Positions 41,985 through 51,827 of a stretch of 64,000 bases of DNA are shown piece after piece; position 1 is the first letter of the stretch; every line of letters starts with the position of its first letter. The DNA is from Shigella phage Silverhawkium: sequence record MK562505; one strand, 5' to 3'. Both the position numbers and the translations under genes were made by a program. A model generated the notes under the pieces. That model made no database searches and had not been told where the DNA came from. It saw only the letters and a program-made list of their open reading frames with translations.

Positions 41985-42568
41985 ACGTAAGTTTTAATTA
42001 TAATGGTGATGGCTCTGTTTCAATTACGTCACCATACTCTGATGACCTTCTTAGAGAATTGGTCAATCAGTGTGAAAGAGGTATGCACTACGTACCTAAC
42101 TCATTTAAACAGAAAACTATTGCAAATAATCTTATGCGTGTGACTGTTCAGTCTATGAACCCAAGTTACAGCATTGACGGTGAAAGCCCTTACTCGCTTA
42201 TGGCTATGGGTTCTGATAGTGAATTTAAACTTGTCTGCCACGATTCTGAAACCTTCTTCAAGGTATTCTCTAATCTTATCCACAACTCAAAATATAGTTA
42301 TGTAGAGGGTTCAACAACGTTCTCTCCAGCAAACTACACATGTATTGTTATTGATAACTTGCGAGAGTTAGAAGATACGGCAACAGAGATTTCATTTGAT
42401 GTGAACACCTCCCCAGAATCAACTCCAAGTAATGATTTTGATATGAATTACGCTCTAGCATTGAGCAAGAAATCTGATTTCATTGAGTATGTCAATGGAT
42501 TTGGATTTAAGTTTGACGAGACAATGAATCTCAAGAAACTTAAAAACATGCTTAAGACGATGGCTTAA
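41978..42568 (+). CDS. hypothetical protein (196 aa)
   Basis: ORF followed by clear terminator. Confidence 0.5.
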   Translation: MLNVSFNYNGDGSVSITSPYSDDLLRELVNQCERGMHYVPNSFKQKTIANNLMRVTVQSMNPSYSIDGESPYSLMAMGSDSEFKLVCHDSETFFKVFSNLIHNSKYSYVEGSTTFSPANYTCIVIDNLRELEDTATEISFDVNTSPESTPSNDFDMNYALALSKKSDFIEYVNGFGFKFDETMNLKKLKNMLKTMA

Positions 42569-42574
42569 GTTTTT

Positions 42575-42598
42575 GGGGCGAAAGCCCCTTTTTATTTG
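42575..42598 (+). terminator. rho-independent terminator
   Basis: Hairpin GGGGC-gaaa-GCCCC followed by TTTTTATTT. Confidence 0.7.
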
Positions 42599-42611
42599 TT
42601 AAGGAAAGATA

Positions 42612-42980
42612 ATGAAGGCTAAGAGTGGAAAAGACTTTTACTGCTTCTTACAATCTTATGTCCAAAGCGTTCAAGACGGTGACAGGTATAATCTTGATGA
42701 TGTACTTCCGACACCCTTAACATGGCGTGATAGTGAGTGGCCTGAGAAGGATATCAACCCAACTACAGCTACCTTTAAGTATGAACCAAAGATTGAACTT
42801 CCAGATTCAGAGGATTTGTTATATCCGATGTTTCATATTGTTGGTCTTGGAACGTTCTTAATGGATATTCAGTATGTGATGGGTAAAGGCTATAAGATTG
42901 AAGGTGTTGTTCTAGGTGACGTATCACCACAACACAAGGGTTATTTTAGACTAAACGCAAGATTAGAGGCTAATAAATGA
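42612..42980 (+). CDS. hypothetical protein (122 aa), paralogue of N-terminal domain of next gene
   Basis: Shares pattern GDRYNL/GKRYDF, SEWPEKDI/SPWPESDI, FLMDIQYVMGKG/FFMDLQYAIINGKD with ORF 42977. Confidence 0.5.
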   Translation: MKAKSGKDFYCFLQSYVQSVQDGDRYNLDDVLPTPLTWRDSEWPEKDINPTTATFKYEPKIELPDSEDLLYPMFHIVGLGTFLMDIQYVMGKGYKIEGVVLGDVSPQHKGYFRLNARLEANK

Positions 42981-44107
42981 TTAAAGCAAAAACATATCCA
43001 GACTTTAAAGAGTTCGTAAAAGGTTTTATCTCGAACATTAAAGCTGGTAAAAGATATGACTTTAGAACATATCAAGAAGCAATCCTACCACTGACTTATA
43101 GTTCTCCGTGGCCTGAGTCAGACATTCCTGAAGTGACAACGTTTAATTACACACCAGATTACACCGTCCCATTTAGCAATGAGCTTTTGTACTCCGTGGG
43201 TGCTCAAATGAGGACTGCTGACTTCTTCATGGATTTGCAGTATGCAATCATCAATGGTAAAGATGTAGACACTGTTTACTGTGAATGGCTTGCAAGGGTT
43301 AAACCTTTCTCTATGCTGAATGCCAAGTTGAAAGATGCTGTAGTTCCTCCAACAATTACTACACAACCAACTGACCAGACGGTTAATGAAGGGGATACCC
43401 TGACTCTACAGGTTGTTGCCTCAAATGCTACTGGTTATCAGTGGAAGAAGGGTGCTTCTAACATCTCTGGCGCAACTTCTGCAACCTACACAAAGAACTC
43501 TGTAGTCCCTGCTGATGCTGGCTCGTATACATGCGTAGTTTCTGGTGAAGGTGGTTCAAGTGTAACTTCTGATGCAGCTTCAGTAACTGTTAATGCACTA
43601 CCTGTAATCACTGTTCAACCAACTAACCAGACTGTTAATGCTGGTGGTACATTAAACCTTAGCGTAACTGCAACAGGTGCTACGGGTTACCAGTGGAAGA
43701 AAGGTGGGACAGATATCTCTGGAGCAACCTCTGCAACGTTCACTAAGGCAAACGTAACAACTGCTGACGCAGGTTCTTACACTTGTGTTGTGACAGGTGC
43801 TGGTGGCTCTGTAACGTCAAGTGCTGCAACAGTAACTGTGAACACTCCACCAGTGATTACAACTCAGCCTACTGGTGTAACTCTTAACGTAGGTGCTGCA
43901 CTGAACTTAACAGTTGTAGCTACTGGAGCAACTAGCTATCAGTGGAAGAAAGATAATGTAAACATCCCTTCCGCAACTCTGGCAACTTACACTAAAGCAG
44001 CAGTCGTAGCTGGTGATGCAGGAAACTACACTTGCGTAGTAACTGGTGCTGGTGGTTCTGTAACAACTAACCCTGTAAAAGTTGTTGTAAACGCAGTTGG
44101 AGGTTGA
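42977..44107 (+). CDS. protein with N-terminal domain plus three tandem Ig-like domains
   Basis: Three about 83-aa repeats each with ...TGYQWKKG...SGATSATYTK...ADAGSYTCVV...GGSVTS... Confidence 0.6.
   Translation: MIKAKTYPDFKEFVKGFISNIKAGKRYDFRTYQEAILPLTYSSPWPESDIPEVTTFNYTPDYTVPFSNELLYSVGAQMRTADFFMDLQYAIINGKDVDTVYCEWLARVKPFSMLNAKLKDAVVPPTITTQPTDQTVNEGDTLTLQVVASNATGYQWKKGASNISGATSATYTKNSVVPADAGSYTCVVSGEGGSSVTSDAASVTVNALPVITVQPTNQTVNAGGTLNLSVTATGATGYQWKKGGTDISGATSATFTKANVTTADAGSYTCVVTGAGGSVTSSAATVTVNTPPVITTQPTGVTLNVGAALNLTVVATGATSYQWKKDNVNIPSATLATYTKAAVVAGDAGNYTCVVTGAGGSVTTNPVKVVVNAVGG
43343..44104 (+). repeat. three tandem about 250-bp coding repeats (Ig-like domain units)
   Basis: Nucleotide-level tandem repetition underlying the three protein repeats. 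Confidence 0.6.
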
Positions 44108-44574
44108 TAATGAGACTTTCACAGAAAGGTTTAGATGCAATCAAGTTCTTTGAAGGGCTTGAATTAGAAGCTTACCCTGACTCTGCTGGAATCCCAACTA
44201 TCGGGTACGGTACAATTCGTATCCACGGAAAGCCAGTAACAATGGGTATGAAGATTACTGCTGAACAAGCGGAGCAGTATCTTCTTGCAGATGTTGAAAA
44301 CTACGTTGGTGCTGTAGCAAGAGCTATCAAGGTTCCTACTACACAAAACGAGTTTGATGCTCTTGTTATTGAGACTTACAACATTGGTATTGCTGCCATG
44401 CAGGATTCAACCTTTATCAAGCGACACAATGCTGGTGATAAGGCTGGATGTGCAGAAGCTATGCAGTGGTGGAATAAGGTTACCGTCAAAGGTAAGAAAG
44501 TTCCTTCCAATGGTCTGACAAACAGGCGTAGAATGGAAGCACAGATTTATCTTGACGGAGTATATCCAAAATAA
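44104..44574 (+). CDS. endolysin, T4-type lysozyme (GH24)
   Basis: Catalytic region FEGLELEAYPDSAGIPTIGYGT matches lysozyme E...D...T triad spacing. Confidence 0.8.
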   Translation: MIMRLSQKGLDAIKFFEGLELEAYPDSAGIPTIGYGTIRIHGKPVTMGMKITAEQAEQYLLADVENYVGAVARAIKVPTTQNEFDALVIETYNIGIAAMQDSTFIKRHNAGDKAGCAEAMQWWNKVTVKGKKVPSNGLTNRRRMEAQIYLDGVYPK

Positions 44575-44584
44575 TATATTCATA

Positions 44585-44608
44585 GGCTCCTTCGGGAGCC
44601 TTTTTATA
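44585..44608 (+). terminator. rho-independent terminator
   Basis: Hairpin GGCTCC-ttcg-GGAGCC followed by TTTTTAT. Confidence 0.7.
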
Positions 44609-44622
44609 TCTAGGAGAAAACT

Positions 44623-45021
44623 ATGAAACTGTGGGCTGATGATGTAGGAACTTTCAAGTACACAAGAAGTGGGATGAAGGTTAGAATTTACGGTAGTAAA
44701 CTAATAACATATGGTGAAAAGGTTGTTACCAAGTTCATTGTTGAGGTGATTGAACGTTCACCTATCACGATGGCTAACAAGGGTTTCTTTACAAATGAAC
44801 TCTACGATGTGAACGATGACGGGACATTTTGTAAACTTGGAGAGAGTTCTTTAGATATTATCTCAGAACACCCCTTGACAAGACAGCAATTATCAGGTTA
44901 CTATAAAACTCTACTTGAGGGACAGAAAGAGATGCACAGTCGTGAGGCTAACTACCACAACAACCAGTGTATCAAACTGCTGGATAAAATTGAGAAAGCT
45001 GAGAGAGGTTATTATGAATAA
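44623..45021 (+). CDS. hypothetical protein (132 aa)
   Basis: ORF with AGGAGAAAA RBS. Confidence 0.45.
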   Translation: MKLWADDVGTFKYTRSGMKVRIYGSKLITYGEKVVTKFIVEVIERSPITMANKGFFTNELYDVNDDGTFCKLGESSLDIISEHPLTRQQLSGYYKTLLEGQKEMHSREANYHNNQCIKLLDKIEKAERGYYE

Positions 45022-45409
45022 AGAGATTAAAGTAAAGGTTGACACTTCACGTCATGGTCATGACACTAACAATTTGGCAGATGCGACTATCTACCAGTAT
45101 CAAGGTGGTCTACGTTTACGTTTCGATATGTCTGGTAACATCCTATCTCATACACGAGATGATGAAGATGGTTGCCCTGTATTTGGTTGGTATGGTACAG
45201 ATTTCCCTCTGTATGCAATCCATTACCCAGATGGTCAAGAAGACTGGACTACACAATCAGTTCTGGATGAACTGAACGGAGTACCACTTGAAGATGAGAA
45301 CGATGGAGAGAAAGACTCCCTTGTGACATTCACCTTCATCACTGAAGAGAAGGTTGGCGATATCTCAGTAACAGAAGCAATTCAAGTATCACAGGTTATC
45401 CGAGCATGA
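45014..45409 (+). CDS. hypothetical acidic protein (about 131 aa)
   Basis: Internal Met (MNKEIKV) of ORF 44915..45409 chosen to avoid overlap with upstream gene. Confidence 0.4.
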   Translation: MNKEIKVKVDTSRHGHDTNNLADATIYQYQGGLRLRFDMSGNILSHTRDDEDGCPVFGWYGTDFPLYAIHYPDGQEDWTTQSVLDELNGVPLEDENDGEKDSLVTFTFITEEKVGDISVTEAIQVSQVIRA

Positions 45410-45699
45410 GCAAAGTACAGGTTATCTTCCCGATATGTAACTTTGAGTTAACACGAGAATTTGACCTGTACGAAGAAATAACTGATGAGAAGGTTTGGGA
45501 GGTTGTCAGTGAAGCTATTAAGAAGCTTTATGGTAACCTTCTGAATCCAAACAACAAGAAGCTGACTACAAATCAGGTGTCAGAACCCTATTCAGGGTAT
45601 GATGTAGGTAACTTTAAATACGAAATAACCTGCTTTGACCTTCTCGTAGGTTCTCAGAAGATTAACTATTTCTTCGTTAGGGAATATCGTGATGAATAA
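45406..45699 (+). CDS. hypothetical protein (97 aa)
   Basis: ORF in compact series. Confidence 0.4.
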   Translation: MSKVQVIFPICNFELTREFDLYEEITDEKVWEVVSEAIKKLYGNLLNPNNKKLTTNQVSEPYSGYDVGNFKYEITCFDLLVGSQKINYFFVREYRDE

Positions 45700-46036
45700 G
45701 TTGCATATAGTTGTATATAAAAGCTTTGCAGATATCCAAAACGCATTAACATCAAAAATTAATGAGTACCGCTCAAAGCTTTTTATTATGTGTGATTTAG
45801 ATGACTACCAGCCTCCAAAGATTCTGAACTACAAAGACGGCACTACAGTTATGAAGTGCAGAGATAGCGTCACAGTCTTTGTTAAGCACGATTTGCCAGC
45901 TAAACAGGTTGGTATGCTAGAATATTACATTTTTCAATCAACAGGTATGCGTGGTGATGGTATAAAGATTGACTCTATAGAAGTCTTTGAAAAGCCTAAC
46001 ACCCCACTTAAGAAATACCTAACAAGGAAACTTTGA
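45689..46036 (+). CDS. hypothetical protein (115 aa)
   Basis: ORF in compact series. Confidence 0.4.
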   Translation: MMNKLHIVVYKSFADIQNALTSKINEYRSKLFIMCDLDDYQPPKILNYKDGTTVMKCRDSVTVFVKHDLPAKQVGMLEYYIFQSTGMRGDGIKIDSIEVFEKPNTPLKKYLTRKL

Positions 46037-46632
46037 TTATGTCAAAAGAAACTAAGAATCCAACTGATGAACAGATTCCTCAAGTGAATTATGTCCAGTA
46101 CTGCAACAACATCCAAGGGGTAATTGCAGCTTTTCAACCAAGCATTACATCCCCAGCAAAAGTTGTGAAACTTACAATGGACGTTAACAATATCTCTGTG
46201 TGTATTGTTGATGATATTCAATACTTCAAATTCTCAGCAAAAGAGGTTGATGAGGCGTTACTCAAGTATCGTCTAGACCTTGAGAAAGACATTGACCACA
46301 AAGAAGTTGTTAACCTCTTCGGTGATTTGCATGACATGCTGGATAAGGTTCATAAGCGTACATACTACATGAACAATGGTTCAGTAATTACCACTTTCAC
46401 TTCACCACATACTGATGAGGTCATTTTGACTGATGATGGTCAGTATTTTGTTATGACTGCCTCAATGTCTGATTGGTGGATGAAGAATACTGGAATTAAG
46501 ACAATTGTTGAAGCAATCCGTCAACATATCCCAGACTTCAGCCCTTGGAAGGGTACGAAAGATACCATTGTTGGTTACTTGACAGATGTAAGAGACAAAA
46601 GAAGTGCATTACTGCCTAAAAAACATTCTTGA
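46033..46632 (+). CDS. hypothetical protein (199 aa)
   Basis: ORF in compact series. Confidence 0.45.
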   Translation: MIMSKETKNPTDEQIPQVNYVQYCNNIQGVIAAFQPSITSPAKVVKLTMDVNNISVCIVDDIQYFKFSAKEVDEALLKYRLDLEKDIDHKEVVNLFGDLHDMLDKVHKRTYYMNNGSVITTFTSPHTDEVILTDDGQYFVMTASMSDWWMKNTGIKTIVEAIRQHIPDFSPWKGTKDTIVGYLTDVRDKRSALLPKKHS

Positions 46633-46706
46633 CACTGATATATAAAATTGTTTATGATGGGAGCTATCGAAAGGTAGTTCCCTTTTTCATTTGCGAGGAA
46701 AGAAAC

Positions 46707-47378
46707 ATGATTACAGTTAAACCAGCAGATAAAATCACAATATACGTGAAAGATAACCCATCACGTAGAACAAAAGCGCTTGTTACATACATCTCTGCAA
46801 GTGGTGTTGTCTATTTTAGGCCACTAAAGACATTACATTTTAAAGTTTATCCAAACACGACTCTTGGCACAGAGGCTCATTTGTGGGCTGGTAATGTATA
46901 CTCAACAAGTGATATTGAAAATTTGGTCTTTACTGGAAGCTTCAAAGACTTGCTTGGTATTGCCCTCCAAGAATCTGATGAAGAGGCTACCTTTGAAGCA
47001 GCACCAACACTAAAACTCTCAGAGCTTCCCAGCCATGACTACGGAGAAGCACGATATACAACTGAAGAGGTTATAGCTGGAGGTGAATCAAGAGTTGTTG
47101 ACCGTGTTGGAGAATTTTTCAAAGCTTTCTCTTCTAACAGCCAACACCACCACTTTATGAACCCTAGTAAAAAACTTGACACAACCTTGACAAGTTTCTG
47201 TGAAGATGCTAAGAAGAAGTCTGAGGATTTTAAAGAGGCAGTCTTTATTGCAGACCGTGTGATAAACCACGGAGATATTGAGTACACAGTTAGAATGATG
47301 CTAAAAGCTGGTTTAACACCACATCAAATTGCTGAAGAAATCCAAAGACAGTTTTACAACGCAATGGTGACAGAATGA
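46707..47378 (+). CDS. hypothetical protein (about 223 aa)
   Basis: Internal Met (MITVKPADK) with GAGGAAAG RBS; ORF 46629..47378. Confidence 0.45.
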   Translation: MITVKPADKITIYVKDNPSRRTKALVTYISASGVVYFRPLKTLHFKVYPNTTLGTEAHLWAGNVYSTSDIENLVFTGSFKDLLGIALQESDEEATFEAAPTLKLSELPSHDYGEARYTTEEVIAGGESRVVDRVGEFFKAFSSNSQHHHFMNPSKKLDTTLTSFCEDAKKKSEDFKEAVFIADRVINHGDIEYTVRMMLKAGLTPHQIAEEIQRQFYNAMVTE

Positions 47379-47593
47379 AAAAGTTGACAACACTAGCAGA
47401 CTATTGGAAACTCTCTGTAAGTGAACAGTACCGTAGAGCAAAGAAAGTGAAACAGTGCTATGGTAAATTTGCAAGAGGTGACATACTTGTTTGCAGCCAA
47501 GAATCTCTTGAGAATGTAACGCCAAGAGGTAAAACATTCCAGAAAATGATTGACCGAGAGTGGGAAGCACGTTTAAAGAGGATTGAAAAATGA
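47375..47593 (+). CDS. hypothetical protein (72 aa)
   Basis: ORF in compact series. Confidence 0.35.
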   Translation: MKKLTTLADYWKLSVSEQYRRAKKVKQCYGKFARGDILVCSQESLENVTPRGKTFQKMIDREWEARLKRIEK

Positions 47594-48096
47594 TTATCGA
47601 AGAAACACGCGACAAAATTTCATATACACAGTCTCAGCACCATGTATCTTTCAAAATTGTAAAAGCGAACGGTGAAGAAGGTGTAATTTCCCACTTCGGA
47701 GGGGATAATTGGTTCGGCACAGGTTGTTTTGAAGGTTACAGTCGAGAGTACTTAAAAGCTTTCTACAGAGACTTTTCTAATGACTATAACGAACTTATCA
47801 ATACGAAGAATAAACAGACTATGTTTGAGCAACATGTAAGAGCATACGCAGGGATGATTGTATTCCTAGCAGTGTTCTTAGTAATGATTTGTGCAGTGGC
47901 TATAACATCTTTTTATGGACAAGAAATGACCATTAAGCAATCAATAGATAAGATTGAGGAAATTTGGTTCTTGTACGTGATTCCAATTGGTGCTATGATT
48001 GCTGCCTACTTTAGAATGAAGTTCCATAGGAAGAAAGCCTTGGAACAAGAGCGAAAATTTGAAGAGGTAAGTAAAGAATGCAACCTAAAATTTTAG
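47590..48096 (+). CDS. membrane protein (168 aa)
   Basis: Two hydrophobic helices (MIVFLAVFLVMICAVAI; FLYVIPIGAMIAAYF) in C-terminal half. Confidence 0.45.
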   Translation: MIIEETRDKISYTQSQHHVSFKIVKANGEEGVISHFGGDNWFGTGCFEGYSREYLKAFYRDFSNDYNELINTKNKQTMFEQHVRAYAGMIVFLAVFLVMICAVAITSFYGQEMTIKQSIDKIEEIWFLYVIPIGAMIAAYFRMKFHRKKALEQERKFEEVSKECNLKF

Positions 48097-48160
48097 TTAT
48101 CTGTATTCGTTATGCAATTGCAGAGATGATTAACAAACACATTCTTGATGAGGTGAATAA

Positions 48161-48355
48161 ATGATTAGAACTCCAATTAAACCGTTTGGCTTTGAAACTC
48201 TGGAAGATTTTAAAGAGTATCTTGACAAAGGCTTTTACAATGAGCAACCTGTAACTGTCTTGAAAGATGACCTGTCAAAGCTTGTAGATATTGCTATTGC
48301 AGCAACTTCTAAGAAGAAAACTTCTAAGAAAGACAAAGAGAAATCTGAAGAATAA
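48161..48355 (+). CDS. hypothetical protein (64 aa)
   Basis: Small ORF with Lys-rich C-terminus. Confidence 0.35.
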   Translation: MIRTPIKPFGFETLEDFKEYLDKGFYNEQPVTVLKDDLSKLVDIAIAATSKKKTSKKDKEKSEE

Positions 48356-48398
48356 TCTTGTGAGGGGTGTAAAAACCCCTTTAAATGAGGTAGCGAAA

Positions 48399-48695
48399 AT
48401 GACACCAGATAGCCGTAAAGTGAAAGGTATTCATCCACCAGAGGGTGGTTGGAAAGATAACACTTTTTATGTTGTAGAGGTTGCTTACAAGCCACTCAAT
48501 ATGATTCATAAGGCAATCTTTTACACTGGATTCTGTGATGAGAATGGTATACCATCTGGTTATAACTGGCTTATGAATGGTGGTTATGAAGACCTTTGCA
48601 GTATCCAAGAAGCTTATTACTTGAAAGCTATTGCAGAGTTACCTGAAGAGTTTCAAATTGAGAGAGATGAGGATTGGAACGATGAAGAACATTAA
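48399..48695 (+). CDS. hypothetical protein (about 98 aa)
   Basis: Internal Met (MTPDSRKV) preceded by RBS; ORF 48291..48695. Confidence 0.4.
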   Translation: MTPDSRKVKGIHPPEGGWKDNTFYVVEVAYKPLNMIHKAIFYTGFCDENGIPSGYNWLMNGGYEDLCSIQEAYYLKAIAELPEEFQIERDEDWNDEEH

Positions 48696-49146
48696 AGAGA
48701 CTGTTCGCAAAGCTATGCTGAACAACGGGACTAAGAATGAAATGTATGAAGAGATTGTTGCAGAGCTTGGTTGCTCAAGACATGCTGCAAAGGTTCTTCT
48801 TCATTGCTTTATCTGGGAGTGTTCAGAAGCTTACATGGCTCATGCAGCTTTTTCAGAGTCCCACTTACAAGCTGATAGAGACTTACTGAAACCATTTGAC
48901 TTACGTGTACCTGAAGAAGAAGAAGATTGTAAACTGAACCGTGTGTACATCATCAAACATGCACCAACAGGTGAAACAGTTGGCTCTATTAAGCTGGTCA
49001 GAGAGATTGATGATTTAGGCTATGAAGGTGATATTATGAGTGCTGATAGCAACTCTATTTTTAACACATATGGAAGATGGATGGTAGGTTATGATGGGTT
49101 CATTACAGCAAACTATAGCCGTTCAGACTACAAAGTTGACTTGTGA
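48682..49146 (+). CDS. hypothetical protein (about 154 aa)
   Basis: Internal Met (MKNIKETV) with GAGGA RBS; ORF 48631..49146. Confidence 0.4.
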   Translation: MKNIKETVRKAMLNNGTKNEMYEEIVAELGCSRHAAKVLLHCFIWECSEAYMAHAAFSESHLQADRDLLKPFDLRVPEEEEDCKLNRVYIIKHAPTGETVGSIKLVREIDDLGYEGDIMSADSNSIFNTYGRWMVGYDGFITANYSRSDYKVDL

Positions 49147-49814
49147 TTATGGTAGCCCGTCTGAAGAAGAGTCTGAAGTTCTTGAGAGATATGGTTCTCC
49201 CTCAGAAGAAGAACTCAGAAGAATGGAAGAAGGTTACTGAAAAAGTTTTTAAGGATTTGATAGAGATGAATATTAAAGAGTTTAACTTAGAGAGAAAGTA
49301 CTTGGTACTTAGCTTGGAAGATATTAACCAGTATCTTAATGAGGATGACAGAAGCACTTTACAGCAGATTGTTTTCACACTAAGGCATCACAGAGAGCAT
49401 GTAGAGGGTCGTGAACCACTCGAAGGTATCTTTGTGAAGAACTCTTATCCGTTCTATGAAGACACTTTCAAGAAACTTGAGATGTATGTTAGGCAGAAGA
49501 ATCGTAAAGAGTTCTCTATGGTTTCTCTTGGTGGTCAACAGATGCTAGTCTTGGAAGACATTAATCCAAAGAGAGTTAACAAGGGTGTCTGTATTAAGGT
49601 CACAGGTAAAGAAGAGTTTATTGATGCACATCTACTAGAACACATTGTAGAAGGTGGAAGTGCTGTATTGAACCTAAATGAGTATCACATAAGCTCACAC
49701 CCAATTAAGGGTGACCAGATAATGATTCAGGTAAGAGAACGACATAATGGATTCACACACTTCTTCCAGACGAATAAAACCTCATTGAAGGTAATGTTCA
49801 AAGAAGTGATGTAA
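49143..49814 (+). CDS. hypothetical protein (223 aa)
   Basis: Last ORF of plus-strand series, followed by terminator. Confidence 0.5.
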   Translation: MIMVARLKKSLKFLRDMVLPQKKNSEEWKKVTEKVFKDLIEMNIKEFNLERKYLVLSLEDINQYLNEDDRSTLQQIVFTLRHHREHVEGREPLEGIFVKNSYPFYEDTFKKLEMYVRQKNRKEFSMVSLGGQQMLVLEDINPKRVNKGVCIKVTGKEEFIDAHLLEHIVEGGSAVLNLNEYHISSHPIKGDQIMIQVRERHNGFTHFFQTNKTSLKVMFKEVM

Positions 49815-49820
49815 CTACAT

Positions 49821-49845
49821 AGCCCCTTAATTGGGGCTTTTTATT
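49821..49845 (+). terminator. rho-independent terminator
   Basis: Hairpin AGCCCC-ttaatt-GGGGCT followed by TTTTTATT. Confidence 0.7.
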
Positions 49846-51560
49846 GAGTAAAATTTACGAAATTTATATTTCTTATAAAATTTGGATTCACTCCGTTCAT
49901 CTTGGGTCACCATGATATGTGATAAAATATCTACCCCTTCTTAACAACCTATCTAAGCATACTCTCTATATAGTATTATATAGTATCTATATATCCTCTT
50001 AGTCCCTTTCTAGTGATTTGATATAGCTATCTCATAGTGAACTGTATAGCCCCTTCTAAATAGCCTCTTAACAAGCCCTCTAACAAGCCTTTCTTAACCA
50101 CCTATACAATCACCTTCCTAGCCTCTTAATAACCCCTTAGAAGCCCCTATACCCATCTTAATCTCTATGTTACCTGTGTTACCCTCTATAGATGGTTCAC
50201 TAGGGTCAACTAAGCCTCTATATAGACTGTTATATAGAACTAAACAGGTATTCCCTTCTAGTTGATTCGGTTGTTCTTAAGAATCAACCTCTTAGGCTTA
50301 CCCTACAAGGTCTAACACGGTATTAACAAGGTATCTTATAAGCCTGTTTTTACCTGTATTATATTAGATAGTGTATAGATAGTTATTCAGTTCTATAAAA
50401 TTTTTATAAAATAGACTGTCAAGTGTTTATTTAGGGGTCTTGAGAGAATCTGAAAAATATCTGTCTAGGATGTATATCTGCTTGGTAGCCCTTAACAGCC
50501 CTGTAACATCCCCTTTGCAAAATCTTAAAATATCATTAACAATTTCTTAACAACTCTAACAAGCTCCTAACAAGTCTCCAGAGTTCTTAACAGACCCTTA
50601 ACAGTTCTAACAAGGGCTTAACAAGTTCTTAACAGTTGTTGCATAGTCTTTACAGATGCTTAACAGATGACTAACAAGAGCTAACAGGGATTGGTAACAA
50701 TACCAATTAGTTAATTTTAAAGAGTTATTTTGTTAGGGATTGGTAACAATACCAATTAGATTATTAACAAGTTCCTAACAAGTGTTTAACCTTTTTAACA
50801 GTCTCTTAACATGGTCACTATCTCTTGGTTTATAGTTCCCTATCGTTCTTAGTGATTCTTTAAATAGCCCTCTTAAAAGCCCTGTATAGCTCTGTATAGC
50901 CTCTTCTTAGTCTCTCCTTAGTATCTATAGCCCAACTACCTGTATAGCTCTTTATAGCCCTTTCTAGGGGCTTTTATAGAGACTTCAAAGTGTCTTACAA
51001 GGTTGTAACATAGTCTTAACAAGGATTTAACAAGGGGCTAACAAGCATAACTATGTAGTAATTGTTAAAAATTTGTTAAGAAAATGTTAAGGGGGCTAGC
51101 TTTTACGATACTATTACGTAACTTTGAAGTGACTTTTAAGCTACTTTATAGCCCCTATAACATACTTTTTAGTAACTAACAAGCCCTTTTTAGTAGTTCA
51201 CTAGGGATTGGTAACAATACCAATAAGATACTAGCCAGCATATAAGCTTATACCCTTATAAGATTCTTTTAAGGCTCTAGGAAGCTCTATAAAGGGCTTT
51301 AAAGAGTGGGTTAATTGATTGGTTAAGTTGAGATGATAAGCCGTTATAGAGCGTTATAGAGCGTTTAAGGGATTGCCCTTCCCTTTCGGGTTATGGGCTT
51401 ATATTTATAGTTGATTTGATAAGAGAATATAGAGTAAACTATAGAGTTATTGTTCTAAATGTCTGGAAAGGGATTGTATAAGGATTCGATAGAGTCCTGT
51501 CTCATAGACGTTAAAAAGCCCCATTTAAGGGGCTGTTAAGGTATCTGGGGCTATTTGCCC
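49846..51560. repeat. 1.7 kb ORF-free region densely packed with short direct repeats (iteron-like)
   Basis: More than 25 copies of YTAACA(A)G at about 11-12 bp phasing, (C)TRTATAGC repeats, and three copies of GGGATTGGTAACAATACCAAT. Confidence 0.75.
50691..50706. promoter_or_regulatory. palindromic site TTGGTA-acaa-TACCAA (copy 1 of 3)
   Basis: Perfect 6-bp inverted repeat with 4-bp spacer inside conserved 24-mer; other copies at 50740-50755 and 51208-51223. Confidence 0.5.
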
Positions 51561-51575
51561 CGATGCGGCGTCTTA

Positions 51576-51827
51576 TTAGTCATTGAAGCCGTTTTTGTTG
51601 TAGTAAAGAGTGATAATAGAATCACCCCAATAGTAAGTTGTAACGCCGTCTTTTAAGACTTCCTGTTTTGTTTCTTTCCAGAAATTTTCTGACGGTTGAT
51701 AGTCCTGAATAGTTGCTTTCAGACACATTTCAATCATTCCGAAAGCATCACCAGTGCCTACCATGTCAAATTTAACATCTAAAACGTGAAAACCAAAGTT
51801 GTTAACAGTTGCGCGGATAGTTGCCAT
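51576..51827 (-). CDS. hypothetical small protein (83 aa)
   Basis: ORF preceded by conserved cassette CCTAAACTGGAGATTCTAAAATG. Confidence 0.45.
   Translation of the reverse strand: MATIRATVNNFGFHVLDVKFDMVGTGDAFGMIEMCLKATIQDYQPSENFWKETKQEVLKDGVTTYYWGDSIITLYYNKNGFND

Noticed and set aside
49846-51560. Possible CRISPR array suggested by the dense repeats
   Set aside because: Repeat units are only 7-9 bp (24 bp for the palindromic element), irregularly spaced and lack 28-37 bp repeats separated by unique spacers.
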